Shown here one piece after another: positions 52,801 through 61,491 of a DNA stretch of 64,000 bases. Every line of letters starts with the position of its first letter. Within the stretch, counting starts at the first letter, position 1. Source of the stretch: Promethearchaeota archaeon (lineage in GTDB: Archaea > Asgardarchaeota > Lokiarchaeia > Sigyniarchaeales > SOKP01); assembly GCA_019058365.1 (NCBI GenBank), contig JAHPZE010000001.1, positions 64,001 through 128,000 of the forward strand. The letters are read 5' to 3'. The position numbers and the translations under genes are program-made. The notes below the pieces were generated by a model that saw only the letters and a program-made list of their open reading frames with translations, searched no databases and was not told the origin of the DNA.

Positions 52801-54703
52801 AATTCCTATATCTTGTACTAATTTTTCTGCTGGATTAAATTTTGTTTATATCAGGTTTGAGCAAGTAAATTATCAAATTAAGAACTTTGGGTTTCAGTTA
52901 TTAATAAGCGAGCAAACAGTCAATATATCAACTTTCATTAATAATCAAGAAATCATTGAGAATTCTATTAAGGAATTAACTTTTAAAGAAAAAATAAATA
53001 TTTCAGCTAGAGTATTAGCTAATGGAGAGCAAATCTTTTTATCAGGAGCGAATATTACATTTATTAGCGATAATTATAATAAAGATTTAAATGAAACAAT
53101 TTTTCCATGGTATAATACTTCAATTGAAATTTCTGGTTCATATTTTAATCCGGGCATTAATTATGTTTATTTAAAATTTGAATTAGAAAATTATACTACT
53201 GATATATTTTCATTTCAATTCTTAATTAGAGCCCAAAAAATAAATTTAACTGTGCTAATAAATTCAGAGAAGATAACTGAAAATTATCTATTAGAATTCA
53301 GCTTTAATGATGATTTTTCAATTTCAGCCCAAAGTTATGCAACTTCGGAAAAATTTTATTTAGCAGATGGTCTAATGACTTTTGTTACCGGTGATTACGA
53401 AAAAAACTGTACGAATTATGAAGGTTATTGGTATAACACTTCAATTTCATGTTCATATAATATTTTTTCATTAGGGGTTAATTATGTTTATTTGAGGTTT
53501 CAAAAAGAGAATTACTCAACAACAATATTTTCCTTTCAAATTTTAATTAATCAAGTTGAAATTCAGGTAAAATATATTGGTTTTGAGGATTCTATTGAAG
53601 CAGAAATCGGAGAAACTATAAATATTACAATACAATTATTAGACCCAAAAACAAATATTTCTGTTGACCATGCTTATGTAAGATATTCATGGGAATATGG
53701 AATAGGTACATTAAATGAAACACGACCAGGAATATATCAAGTTATTATTGAGTTACCTGAAAATTTACAAGGTAATTTCAAATTTAATCTTATAATAACT
53801 CCTGAAAATATAATATATAAAACAACAATAAATTCTTTTATAGTTGTCATTAGAGTGCCTATAGTTGATGGATCAGAATTCCCTAATTATTTATTATGGA
53901 TTATCATAGGCGTATTATTAATTGTTGCTAGTGCTCTTGGCGCTTTAAGTTTAAGGTCCTATGTATTCTTGCCACGAAAACGTAAAAAAGAAGCTGAATT
54001 ACTCTCTAAAACTCAAAAATTTAAAGATCTCAAAAATATTCAAGCTATTGTAGTAGTTCATAATTTAAGTGGAATTCCAATTTACTCGAAAAGTTATTCC
54101 ATTCTTGAAAAACATAAAAAAGAACTTTTTTCAGGATTTATTCAGGCAATTACAACAATTGGGGAAGAATTTATTGATAAAGAAATTAATGAACTAGAAT
54201 CTACTGAACTTGAGAAAGGGTATGGTATAGAAAAAATGATTGAATTAGATTTTAAACAATTCTATTGTTTAATTGCTGATATAGAAGATATTCGAATTGT
54301 TTTTATTTTGAAAGAACGTTCCTCTGAAAGATTGAAAAGTCAAATTTCTCATCTCATTTTAGCATTAAATCTAAAACTTTCTAATAAATTAGAAGATTGG
54401 GATGGATCCTTAGATGACTTTCAAATATTAGTTCCAGAAATATTGAATGAATATTTTGAGCTATATTATAAGGATTCATTTATCTTGTCGGATGATATCA
54501 ATCTCATTACTATGAAAAAAGAAAGAAAGTTAACTAAGATGGAAATGCGAGTAATAAATGTTGTTCAATCAATGTCGGTAGATAATAGAATTGCTGATCT
54601 TAATAATATAGTCGAGTTAGTTAGCGAAGAAAATAAGGATTTAATCATCGAAGCAATCGAATCACTACTCAGACAAAAATTAATTATACCACTAAGTAAT
54701 TAA
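49865..54703 (+). CDS. Large cell-surface protein: signal/anchor, CUB-like domain, Ig-like repeats, TM helix, cytoplasmic longin-like and winged-helix-like tail
   Basis: CUB-like MRLHF..IEIETDWDLLYIYD...SDGSIEWYGY; three ~107-aa repeats; TM YLLWIIIGVLLIVASALGAL; longin-like IVVVHNLSGIPIYSKSY...LFSGFIQAITT. Confidence 0.8.
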   Translation: MHRNFTKKIIKNKYSKTGSIAFIFFLILLTNTNIFHNFNQSNLNYDKTDDSTRYDKKLKSANGDDILFEGSELPLVINDTGNLYDFNQEIFVSNQVETNISYYLDDVHEWKASKIQTNIKNIYDTREWVQNNDFYELDTPFRNYTSFQNKDPSGFPPHNYSDNLDNDPINPSNIHSTINENGASAMRLHFLNIEIETDWDLLYIYDANNILQFTFTGKATDFYSPWIASDTLKITINSDGSIEWYGYNIDYFEFYNTSTNYFDYNNSWGYNNRSLTGNFGPGEINNNTAMYVSLIGEPFRDGKMGATYYENEFAEIYQNLNIPRGSVINAYIKFDYYAEYAMDSNENFIYCEINNKKIFSKGLGDIVDSGKNIWHSSGSINIDLWSNTSVIFNTIQENYNFNISVGIMSGASVSYSGFDDRFQQFFWFDNISLILTTICNSTQSDINITINGKNLLDNNYWGKSYRNFTGIWDSNPIILTVQTSSPFLNFELDTTIYGYHETTSRVGQTTQEGVHFQILENGSVYWEFTHNFYMPSQYSDFEFEINKPVNWKFISVLDPTLQARTFEGGNEGDTFLKINKTEANFPGWWTFKAISPNYLNISNTKTSKNGQWGIRNFYTGDSIRIKSQINFSEEIPPNIDSTFVDLKIYYPNGTLWYQESIAPYSNGTVIFSNLSFTQQNFIGGQYNYTLFWSNGTAIGGLTSFFTLIHNNTMVLIKPDDAVSDLTTEAFIGDIIPLRIQLKDIENNKVITGAIITYNWSTGLKIITEAASGIYEAILDTSELGSNGFYEIFINSSKIGFKNYNMTLRINLLEETNLLRLDSEYYIELHDNSTFKYSYTNSIEEGIAGATINLNIDLEYYNIIDHLDGNYTIEFDSSYINELGIYQIKLNFSAPAFEIQRTIFQFEIIEQSVDISVYIKNQIIQENSLIEIMFKENIDISIRILAQIDNEYLTGGNITWNSNSFYKKIDEEGNFWFNDSIPISCTNFSAGLNFVYIRFEQVNYQIKNFGFQLLISEQTVNISTFINNQEIIENSIKELTFKEKINISARVLANGEQIFLSGANITFISDNYNKDLNETIFPWYNTSIEISGSYFNPGINYVYLKFELENYTTDIFSFQFLIRAQKINLTVLINSEKITENYLLEFSFNDDFSISAQSYATSEKFYLADGLMTFVTGDYEKNCTNYEGYWYNTSISCSYNIFSLGVNYVYLRFQKENYSTTIFSFQILINQVEIQVKYIGFEDSIEAEIGETINITIQLLDPKTNISVDHAYVRYSWEYGIGTLNETRPGIYQVIIELPENLQGNFKFNLIITPENIIYKTTINSFIVVIRVPIVDGSEFPNYLLWIIIGVLLIVASALGALSLRSYVFLPRKRKKEAELLSKTQKFKDLKNIQAIVVVHNLSGIPIYSKSYSILEKHKKELFSGFIQAITTIGEEFIDKEINELESTELEKGYGIEKMIELDFKQFYCLIADIEDIRIVFILKERSSERLKSQISHLILALNLKLSNKLEDWDGSLDDFQILVPEILNEYFELYYKDSFILSDDINLITMKKERKLTKMEMRVINVVQSMSVDNRIADLNNIVELVSEENKDLIIEAIESLLRQKLIIPLSN

Positions 54704-54747
54704 GTAAATATATATTCATTTTTTATTATTTTTCTCTTATTTTTTCT

Positions 54748-55368
54748 ATGATTAATATGAAAAAATTAAGATTCACTTGCTCCAGGTGTGGGAACTGCTG
54801 TACTGATAAAAATACTTTAGTGAATTTAACATATTTAGATATTTTAAGAATTAAGAAAGGTTTGGATTTAGAAATTGATGAAGTACTTGATATAATAGGA
54901 TTTTTTGTTTTTGACAAAACATTGACTAATGAAGATAAAAAGAGAATGATTGTTACCCCTATAGAAACAGAAAGAGGGTTAGCTTTTATTGGTCTCCTCA
55001 AAAACAGTTTTGGGAATTGTTATTTTTATAGTCCAGAAAAGAAGAAATGTTTAATTTATAACTTGAGACCGATGTTTTGTCGAACGTTTCCATTTTCATT
55101 TGAGGTTTTAGATGAAAAGAAAGGCGAAACTGATAGTTTAATAAATATAGTTTACACTGAAAAAGGAAAACAATATTGTCCCGGAATTAATGATGAAGCG
55201 CCTCTAATTGATACAGAATATTGGATTCAGTTAGGTAAAAGAACCTTGAATGATCTGAAAAACAATCATAACGTAATAAAAAAATGGAATGAATCGGTTA
55301 AACAAGGGAAGGTGGTTCCCACAGTGAAAAAGTTTCTTCTCAAGATTTTGGAATTTAATGATAATTAA
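54748..55368 (+). CDS. YkgJ-family cysteine-cluster protein
   Basis: FTCSRCGNCC, CYFY, CLIYNLRPMFCRTFPF, CPG. Confidence 0.9.
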   Translation: MINMKKLRFTCSRCGNCCTDKNTLVNLTYLDILRIKKGLDLEIDEVLDIIGFFVFDKTLTNEDKKRMIVTPIETERGLAFIGLLKNSFGNCYFYSPEKKKCLIYNLRPMFCRTFPFSFEVLDEKKGETDSLINIVYTEKGKQYCPGINDEAPLIDTEYWIQLGKRTLNDLKNNHNVIKKWNESVKQGKVVPTVKKFLLKILEFNDN

Positions 55369-55453
55369 TATATAATCTCAATCTTGATTATGTTTCTCAA
55401 ATTCTACTTTTATTAAGCTGAAATCCAAAATTATTTAAATTCATTTTCTAATT

Positions 55454-57139
55454 TTATACAAACGCATATTGTGAGCTAGCTAACAATGCCCAATATAATA
55501 TCTCTAACTCAATTTTAAAACCAATTTTATCTGTTTGCCAATTAAAAACTCTATCAAAATTTTCTTTATTGAAGAATTTTGTTATATTTAATATATAATT
55601 TAATAGATTATTACATAATTCTTGTTCATGATCTTTTAGATCCAGTAGTTTAAAGATAAGTAATGCTAGTGCTGAATCGGTTATTAAATTCCTTATAGAG
55701 CCATTTGCTTCTATTAACTTTTTAATTTCATTAATATAATTAATCTTAAATTGATTTAGATTTATTTCTTTATCCAATAACTTTAATGATGCTAAATAAT
55801 GGTATATATCTAAAGGTGTCTTAAAGTCTTCCAGATTTGATAGATTTATATTTTGAATAAGATTTCCAATTAAAGTTTTATTAAATAAAATTATTCGTTT
55901 TTTAGCAATCAATTTTAAGCAAAATAGAGAATATAAATTTAACTCTAATTTTTCGGGAATGAACATTTCTAACTCTGATTTGATAAAGCTTTCAATTTCA
56001 AGTAAATCAATTATATCTGTTTTATCTAAAAAATTCATTTCTGACAAAATTGCGAGACCATAAAAGATGTTCTTCGAGTCTGGTATATTATCTTTTGAGG
56101 AACTAAATACTCTATCATTTATGAATTGCTTTATTATTTCTAAAGTTTCAAGGTTAGTAAAAGGAGATTCTAGATTCAACATTTTGATGATTGATAAATA
56201 ATAAAACAAATTCTCTAAGTCAAAAAAGTTTTGATTTACCATTTTTAAATTTATCAAATTCATTTTATCAATCTTGATTTCGTTAACTATTTTGTTATTT
56301 ATTAGCAATGAATGGCCAATATTATCAAGAAAAGTGTTACTGTCCATTAAAGTACCTAAATCTTTATTTATTTTTGGGAGAGTTCTTGATTGATGATTTA
56401 ATGGTACAATTGGAACATTTTGTGTAATTAATTTATTTGTGGGGATTAAAACTTCTCGAATCGGTTTTTTTTTTAGACTTTCTGTTGAAGATCTTAGTAG
56501 TTCTTTCTTAGGAGTTTTCAAGGTTTCAATGATGTCTTGTTTTGCTTCTCTTAATTGGGTTAAAATATCTGGTTCTGTCATTTGTTTAGATTCAATAAAA
56601 GTTAAATCTGTAAAATTAATAAATCTTTTATAATCATATTGTTGAAATTCTTTTTTAGTATCCGCAGAATTAATATATGCATTTTTAAATTCATTTAGTT
56701 TTGTAATGAAATTATCGGGTAATAAATCAAATAAATTTACATTCGCAAGTTTTTTAACATCAATATCAAAAAGATACTCAAGTAAGATTTCGAACAATAC
56801 TTCATGTACGTATTTCTCCATATAAAGCTCAAAATATGAATTATAATCTGGTACTAGAGCTCCTTTAGTTTTCAGAGTTTCCAAAAAATGATTTTGGTTT
56901 TCGTTTAACTTATCCATTGAAACACCGAGTGTATTTAAACCGGTTTTGATTGCTTTTAAAATCTTTCCAAGAGAAATTTTTATTTGTTTTTCACTTTCGG
57001 TTTCAGTTTTTTTTTTCAAATCAATTTTTTTATAAGCAATTAGGTCTTTTAGATAAGAATAACTTTTTTGGTAGTATTCGAAAATCTCATTTTTCATTAT
57101 AGAAAAAAAATCAGTTAAAATATCAGTAATCTCTTTCAT
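55454..57139 (-). CDS. Hypothetical all-alpha protein (C-terminus weakly resembles prenyltransferase/alpha-toroid repeats)
   Basis: 561-aa ORF; repeated helices such as NIFYGLAIL, DIYHYLASL, DSALALLIF. Confidence 0.65.
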   Translation of the reverse strand: MKEITDILTDFFSIMKNEIFEYYQKSYSYLKDLIAYKKIDLKKKTETESEKQIKISLGKILKAIKTGLNTLGVSMDKLNENQNHFLETLKTKGALVPDYNSYFELYMEKYVHEVLFEILLEYLFDIDVKKLANVNLFDLLPDNFITKLNEFKNAYINSADTKKEFQQYDYKRFINFTDLTFIESKQMTEPDILTQLREAKQDIIETLKTPKKELLRSSTESLKKKPIREVLIPTNKLITQNVPIVPLNHQSRTLPKINKDLGTLMDSNTFLDNIGHSLLINNKIVNEIKIDKMNLINLKMVNQNFFDLENLFYYLSIIKMLNLESPFTNLETLEIIKQFINDRVFSSSKDNIPDSKNIFYGLAILSEMNFLDKTDIIDLLEIESFIKSELEMFIPEKLELNLYSLFCLKLIAKKRIILFNKTLIGNLIQNINLSNLEDFKTPLDIYHYLASLKLLDKEINLNQFKINYINEIKKLIEANGSIRNLITDSALALLIFKLLDLKDHEQELCNNLLNYILNITKFFNKENFDRVFNWQTDKIGFKIELEILYWALLASSQYAFV

Positions 57140-57268
57140 GTTTCAAAAATCTTGTTCTTTTCAGTGATATATAATGAAAATTGTTTATCAAATTTATTAT
57201 GTTTTTGTATATTTATTTTTTTCCGTGTGAGTAATCTTTATTATCTGAATGGTATTAATTTCATTAAT

Positions 57269-58543
57269 ATGTCTCAAGAAAAAACTAGATTAGTAATTAA
57301 ATCAGGAAATATTTTTGATTCCGTTAATGGAATATTGAAAGAGAATCAAACAATCATAATTCAAGGAAAGAGAATTCTTTGGTGCGATGAGGATGACGCT
57401 TTCGAGAAAGACTTGAATGATAAAATTATTGATGTAAATGGAAAAACAATTATACCGGGTATGATTGATTGTCATGTCCATCTTGAAAACACAGCGGAAC
57501 CAGATTATGAGAGAAAATATCTAAGGACAACAAAAACTATGTGGCATTATTATGCTTTACAAAATGCGCAAAAACATTTGATTAATGGTTATACATGCAT
57601 ACGAGATTGTGGAAGTCTTCCCGAATGGGGCCCATCCTTAAGGAGAATATTCGATATTGGCGCTCTTGCAGGGCCTCGAATACTTATAGCAAATTTACCT
57701 ATCACTCAATGGGGTAATCAAGAAGAAATCGGACCAGTTGAGGTAATTGAGTATTATGGGAAATTATCTGAAGTTAAAGCTGGTATCGATGGGATAAGGC
57801 ATGCAGTTAGGGACAGAAAGCGTTCTGGATCAGATTTTATTAAGACAGTTACTACAGGGGGGGTATTACATGGAATTACTTCTAAAGTTGACACTAGTCT
57901 TTTTCTAAACGAAGAATTATTAGCAATGACAGAGGAAGCCCATAGACTAGAGATGCATGTAGCAAGTCATGCTCATGGACGGGAAGGGATCTATAAAGCT
58001 GTACAAGCAAATGTGGATACAATAGAACACGGAACTCTTATTGATGAAGAAATCATTGATTTAATGATAAAAAAACAAACCTTTTTAATTCCTACTCAAG
58101 CAGCTTGTTTTGGAATAAGCAAACCTGATATTTTAAAACAATTACCTCCTGAAGTAGCAACCAAAATAAAACAAATTCAAGAACAAATGATTAGTAATCA
58201 CAAAATAGCATTTGAAAAAGGTGTGCTTTTCGCAATTGGAACTGATGCTGGTACTCCTGGTAACCCTCATGGTACAACAACTAATGAAATTATTAATATG
58301 ATAGAAAACGTAGGTATGACCACTTCTCAAGCGCTCCAAGCAGCAACGATTCAGGGTGCGAAAGCCATTAAAATGGAAGAGCAAATTGGTTCTATAGAAA
58401 AAGATAAATTAGCAGATTTGGTAGTTTGTAATGGAAATCCAATAGAAGAAATATCAATTTTAAAGGATCCCAAAAATCTGCTTTACGTGATTAAAGATGG
58501 TAAAATTATGGCTAAAAAAGGAAAAATTACATATTTCAATTAA
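57269..58543 (+). CDS. Metal-dependent amidohydrolase (Xaa-Pro dipeptidase-like); probable start 57269
   Basis: PGMIDCHVH, DFIK, ASHAHG, TIEHG, GTDAG, ADLVV. Confidence 0.92.
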   Translation: MSQEKTRLVIKSGNIFDSVNGILKENQTIIIQGKRILWCDEDDAFEKDLNDKIIDVNGKTIIPGMIDCHVHLENTAEPDYERKYLRTTKTMWHYYALQNAQKHLINGYTCIRDCGSLPEWGPSLRRIFDIGALAGPRILIANLPITQWGNQEEIGPVEVIEYYGKLSEVKAGIDGIRHAVRDRKRSGSDFIKTVTTGGVLHGITSKVDTSLFLNEELLAMTEEAHRLEMHVASHAHGREGIYKAVQANVDTIEHGTLIDEEIIDLMIKKQTFLIPTQAACFGISKPDILKQLPPEVATKIKQIQEQMISNHKIAFEKGVLFAIGTDAGTPGNPHGTTTNEIINMIENVGMTTSQALQAATIQGAKAIKMEEQIGSIEKDKLADLVVCNGNPIEEISILKDPKNLLYVIKDGKIMAKKGKITYFN

Positions 58544-58556
58544 AATTTGATTACTT

Positions 58557-59303
58557 ATGGAGAATTCTTGTTTTAACCATTTTTCAGAAGATTATCATTT
58601 GAAACGGAAGAAACCTTGGCGTCCACTAGAATTTTTTCTTAATCATTTAAAAAATAAAAAATATACTTTTGATGGTATAATTTTAGATTTAGGTTGTGGA
58701 AATGGCAGAAATTTTAAAATAATGGGTATACCTCCTAAAAAATTGATTGGATTAGACTTATCTCTCGAATTAATTAAAATAGCTCAAGCGCAACTTAAAA
58801 AAATTGATCAATATTCGCAAAATGAATCACATTTTATTCAGCTTCTGCTAGCAGATATTTCTAAACTTCCTTTTCGTAAAAAAACAGTAAATGCCATTTT
58901 CTCAATAGCCGCAATTCATCATATAAGGAAAAAATCTGAAAGAAAGAATACAATTATTCAAATATATGATATATTGAAAAAAAATGGAAATTTAATTCTA
59001 ACTGTATGGCGCAAATGGCAAAAGCAGTTTAGATATTATTTTCTTTCTGAATGGTATAAAAGAAGATTTATAATTAATTATAAAAAGCAACAAGAGCTAA
59101 TTGGTTTAAAAGAATTTGGAGATAAATTTATCCCTTGGACTCTTTCCAATGAACAAAAAACTTATAATCGATTCTATCACTTTTTCTCTAAAAGAGAACT
59201 CAAGAAATTATTAAAGGATTTTATAATCAAAGAATTTAAAATTACGGGGGGTCCTTCAGATCGAGATAATTTTTTTATTTTTGCACGAAAACCGATGAAT
59301 TAA
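58557..59303 (+). CDS. Class I SAM methyltransferase, Trm9/ALKBH8-like
   Basis: KPW, LDLGCGNGR, SIAAIHHI, TVW, RFYHFF. Confidence 0.8.
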   Translation: MENSCFNHFSEDYHLKRKKPWRPLEFFLNHLKNKKYTFDGIILDLGCGNGRNFKIMGIPPKKLIGLDLSLELIKIAQAQLKKIDQYSQNESHFIQLLLADISKLPFRKKTVNAIFSIAAIHHIRKKSERKNTIIQIYDILKKNGNLILTVWRKWQKQFRYYFLSEWYKRRFIINYKKQQELIGLKEFGDKFIPWTLSNEQKTYNRFYHFFSKRELKKLLKDFIIKEFKITGGPSDRDNFFIFARKPMN

Positions 59304-59791
59304 TGACATTCTATAGAATTATATGAATTTAATATATATGGTTTAAAATTTTCGAACGCTTCTCCAATTATTAAGGTATGGACATTAAAGAGTCTTTCTG
59401 TTATGTCACAATAGAATATACAATGTATTACTTTTTCCGTATAATACCTTTTTCTCATCATTTTGTTTCGATGTCCTAACCAGAAAGTAATTTCATGACT
59501 CCTCAACCAATCTCTTTTTTTTTCGGTAACTACCATACCAATGGCATTATAAATGTCTATACTATTCTGTACCTCTTTATAATAAAAAAAATTCATTCTC
59601 TCTTTTTTTTCCCAACTTACTTCCATCTTTGACACTGGACCCCAAATCTCATCGTATTCATTTTCAGTATGTAAAATAATAGAACCTTGCTTCTCATCGC
59701 CTATATATTCTATTTCTTTATACCATTTTGGCATTTTATTAATTTTAACTCCACACTCTGGTTTAGTATAAGCAAAAAAATTATATTCCAT
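59300..59791 (-). CDS. Hypothetical protein
   Basis: 163-aa ORF. Confidence 0.75.
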   Translation of the reverse strand: MEYNFFAYTKPECGVKINKMPKWYKEIEYIGDEKQGSIILHTENEYDEIWGPVSKMEVSWEKKERMNFFYYKEVQNSIDIYNAIGMVVTEKKRDWLRSHEITFWLGHRNKMMRKRYYTEKVIHCIFYCDITERLFNVHTLIIGEAFENFKPYILNSYNSIECH

Positions 59792-59941
59792 ATCCTTTTC
59801 TCGTTTTCTAATTTATATTTCAAGAATTAAATTTAGTTCTAAAATAAATTTATTGTTTATAAAATTTCTGTCGTATGGAGAATAGCTTCAAATTAATTTT
59901 CAGTAAATTAATAAGATAAATAGGAAGAAGTCTTAAATTAA

Positions 59942-60547
59942 TTAGATTAGTTCTTTTCCTTCTTCAATCCATTTTTTGAGTCTTTCTACAGAGACTCCTT
60001 TAATTAATGGCGCTAATTCTTCGGGTTGTTCTTTACATAATGCTTCTACATTTTCAACACCCAGTTCAATTAACTTTTTCGCTGTTGCTTCTCCCAATCC
60101 AGATAACTCAGTTAAGGGCTTACCTGTAGCTGGACTAGGCAATTTTTCTATTTTTTCTATTTTAGTGGTTTTTACCTTTTCTTTCTTTGCAGGTTTTACT
60201 TTTACTTTCTTTTCTAGTTTTAGTACTGTTTCTGCTGTTGTTATTTTAGGTTTTTCTTTAATTTTTTCTTTTTTAGATTTAAATGGTGTTCTCTCCTTTT
60301 CTTTTTTAATAAACGGTTTTTTTTTCTTTTTCTCTTTAGATGGAAATTTAAAAGATTTTAACATCTTTATATTTTCATTATGAACTGATTTTCTAAAATA
60401 ATCAATCTTAATTTTAGCTTTTTTCAAGAGTTCAATAGATTTCCCCGCTTCTTGAATCTCTTTTAAAGAAAATCCATTGCTTTCTCTTATATGGGAATCT
60501 TTAGAAGGACTCTTTACCAAAGCAACTGGGGTTGGTTTGCTTTCCAT
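59942..60547 (-). CDS. rpl13e: Ribosomal protein eL13-like domain, Lys-rich linker and helix-hairpin-helix domain
   Basis: N-terminal GFSLKEIQEAG...IDYFRKSVHNENIKML; C-terminal LTELSGLGEATAKKLIELGVENVEAL...IKGVSVERLKKWI. Confidence 0.7.
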   Translation of the reverse strand: MESKPTPVALVKSPSKDSHIRESNGFSLKEIQEAGKSIELLKKAKIKIDYFRKSVHNENIKMLKSFKFPSKEKKKKKPFIKKEKERTPFKSKKEKIKEKPKITTAETVLKLEKKVKVKPAKKEKVKTTKIEKIEKLPSPATGKPLTELSGLGEATAKKLIELGVENVEALCKEQPEELAPLIKGVSVERLKKWIEEGKELI

Positions 60548-60710
60548 TTTTATTCAATGAATATAATATGATTTTTATTAATTTTGTAAATTAAAGAAAA
60601 TTTTTATTTCTTTCTATTTAGGTTAATTAGGTGAAATAAAATTTTTATTGTTCTTTATTGAATATAAGATTTTTAATGTAAGGAATCTTAATTAATGTTA
60701 AATTTCTTAT

Positions 60711-61346
60711 TCAAAATTTAATAATATCTAAATCTTCTAACTTTTTTAGTATTTCATTTATTTCTGTCCTTTTTTTATTTAAATTTCTTGAAATTTTCAA
60801 GGGAGAATCTTTTCCAGTGCATTGTAATGCAACTTGAAAGTCAAAATCAGCAATCATTCCCATGGATAGAACTTTTTCTAATACACTTTTAGCAACTATT
60901 AAATTTGGAAAAACTTCAGCTATCTTTCCGCCAATTGTAAGATTTTCTATATCCGCAATTAATGTTTGAAATCTACTTTTATCTGTTGTTGCCCTAAAAT
61001 TTTTAAGATCAGATTGGTGCTTTTTCCAAAAACGATTGGCTATTTTATGGATAATTTCCTCAATTTTGTCAGTATTATCATCAGCATCTGAAATTGAGCA
61101 AAATAAAATCCTTGATAATGGGTGATAGTAAATGAAAATGGTTGAATCTTCTGATTGTAATATTCTATCCATTTCATTTACTCTTCTCCCTTTTACCATA
61201 GCTTTTTGAATTATATCAATGGTTATATTAATTGCTTTAAAAAAACCAGTTATTATATCATCTTGAATTTTCTTTAATTCTTTAAATGTTGATTCTAAAA
61301 GGGATATCCCATTATCCCCATCAATTAGATAAATCTTATAAATCAA
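60711..61346 (-). CDS. Longin-like domain protein with C-terminal winged-helix-like domain
   Basis: IYLIDGDNGISLL, IITGFFKAI, LFCSISD, then SPLKISRNL...EINEILKKLEDLDII. Confidence 0.65.
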   Translation of the reverse strand: MIYKIYLIDGDNGISLLESTFKELKKIQDDIITGFFKAINITIDIIQKAMVKGRRVNEMDRILQSEDSTIFIYYHPLSRILFCSISDADDNTDKIEEIIHKIANRFWKKHQSDLKNFRATTDKSRFQTLIADIENLTIGGKIAEVFPNLIVAKSVLEKVLSMGMIADFDFQVALQCTGKDSPLKISRNLNKKRTEINEILKKLEDLDIIKF

Positions 61347-61491
61347 AATTCTAAAAAACTAGCTTTTTTTATTCTATTAAAAATAAAAAAATTCATGCTT
61401 ATGAATCATTACATTACATTTTTTTAATGGTTAAAATTAAAAATAGAGCGTTTTATTTCTAATACATATATATTAATTCTATGATTTTAAT

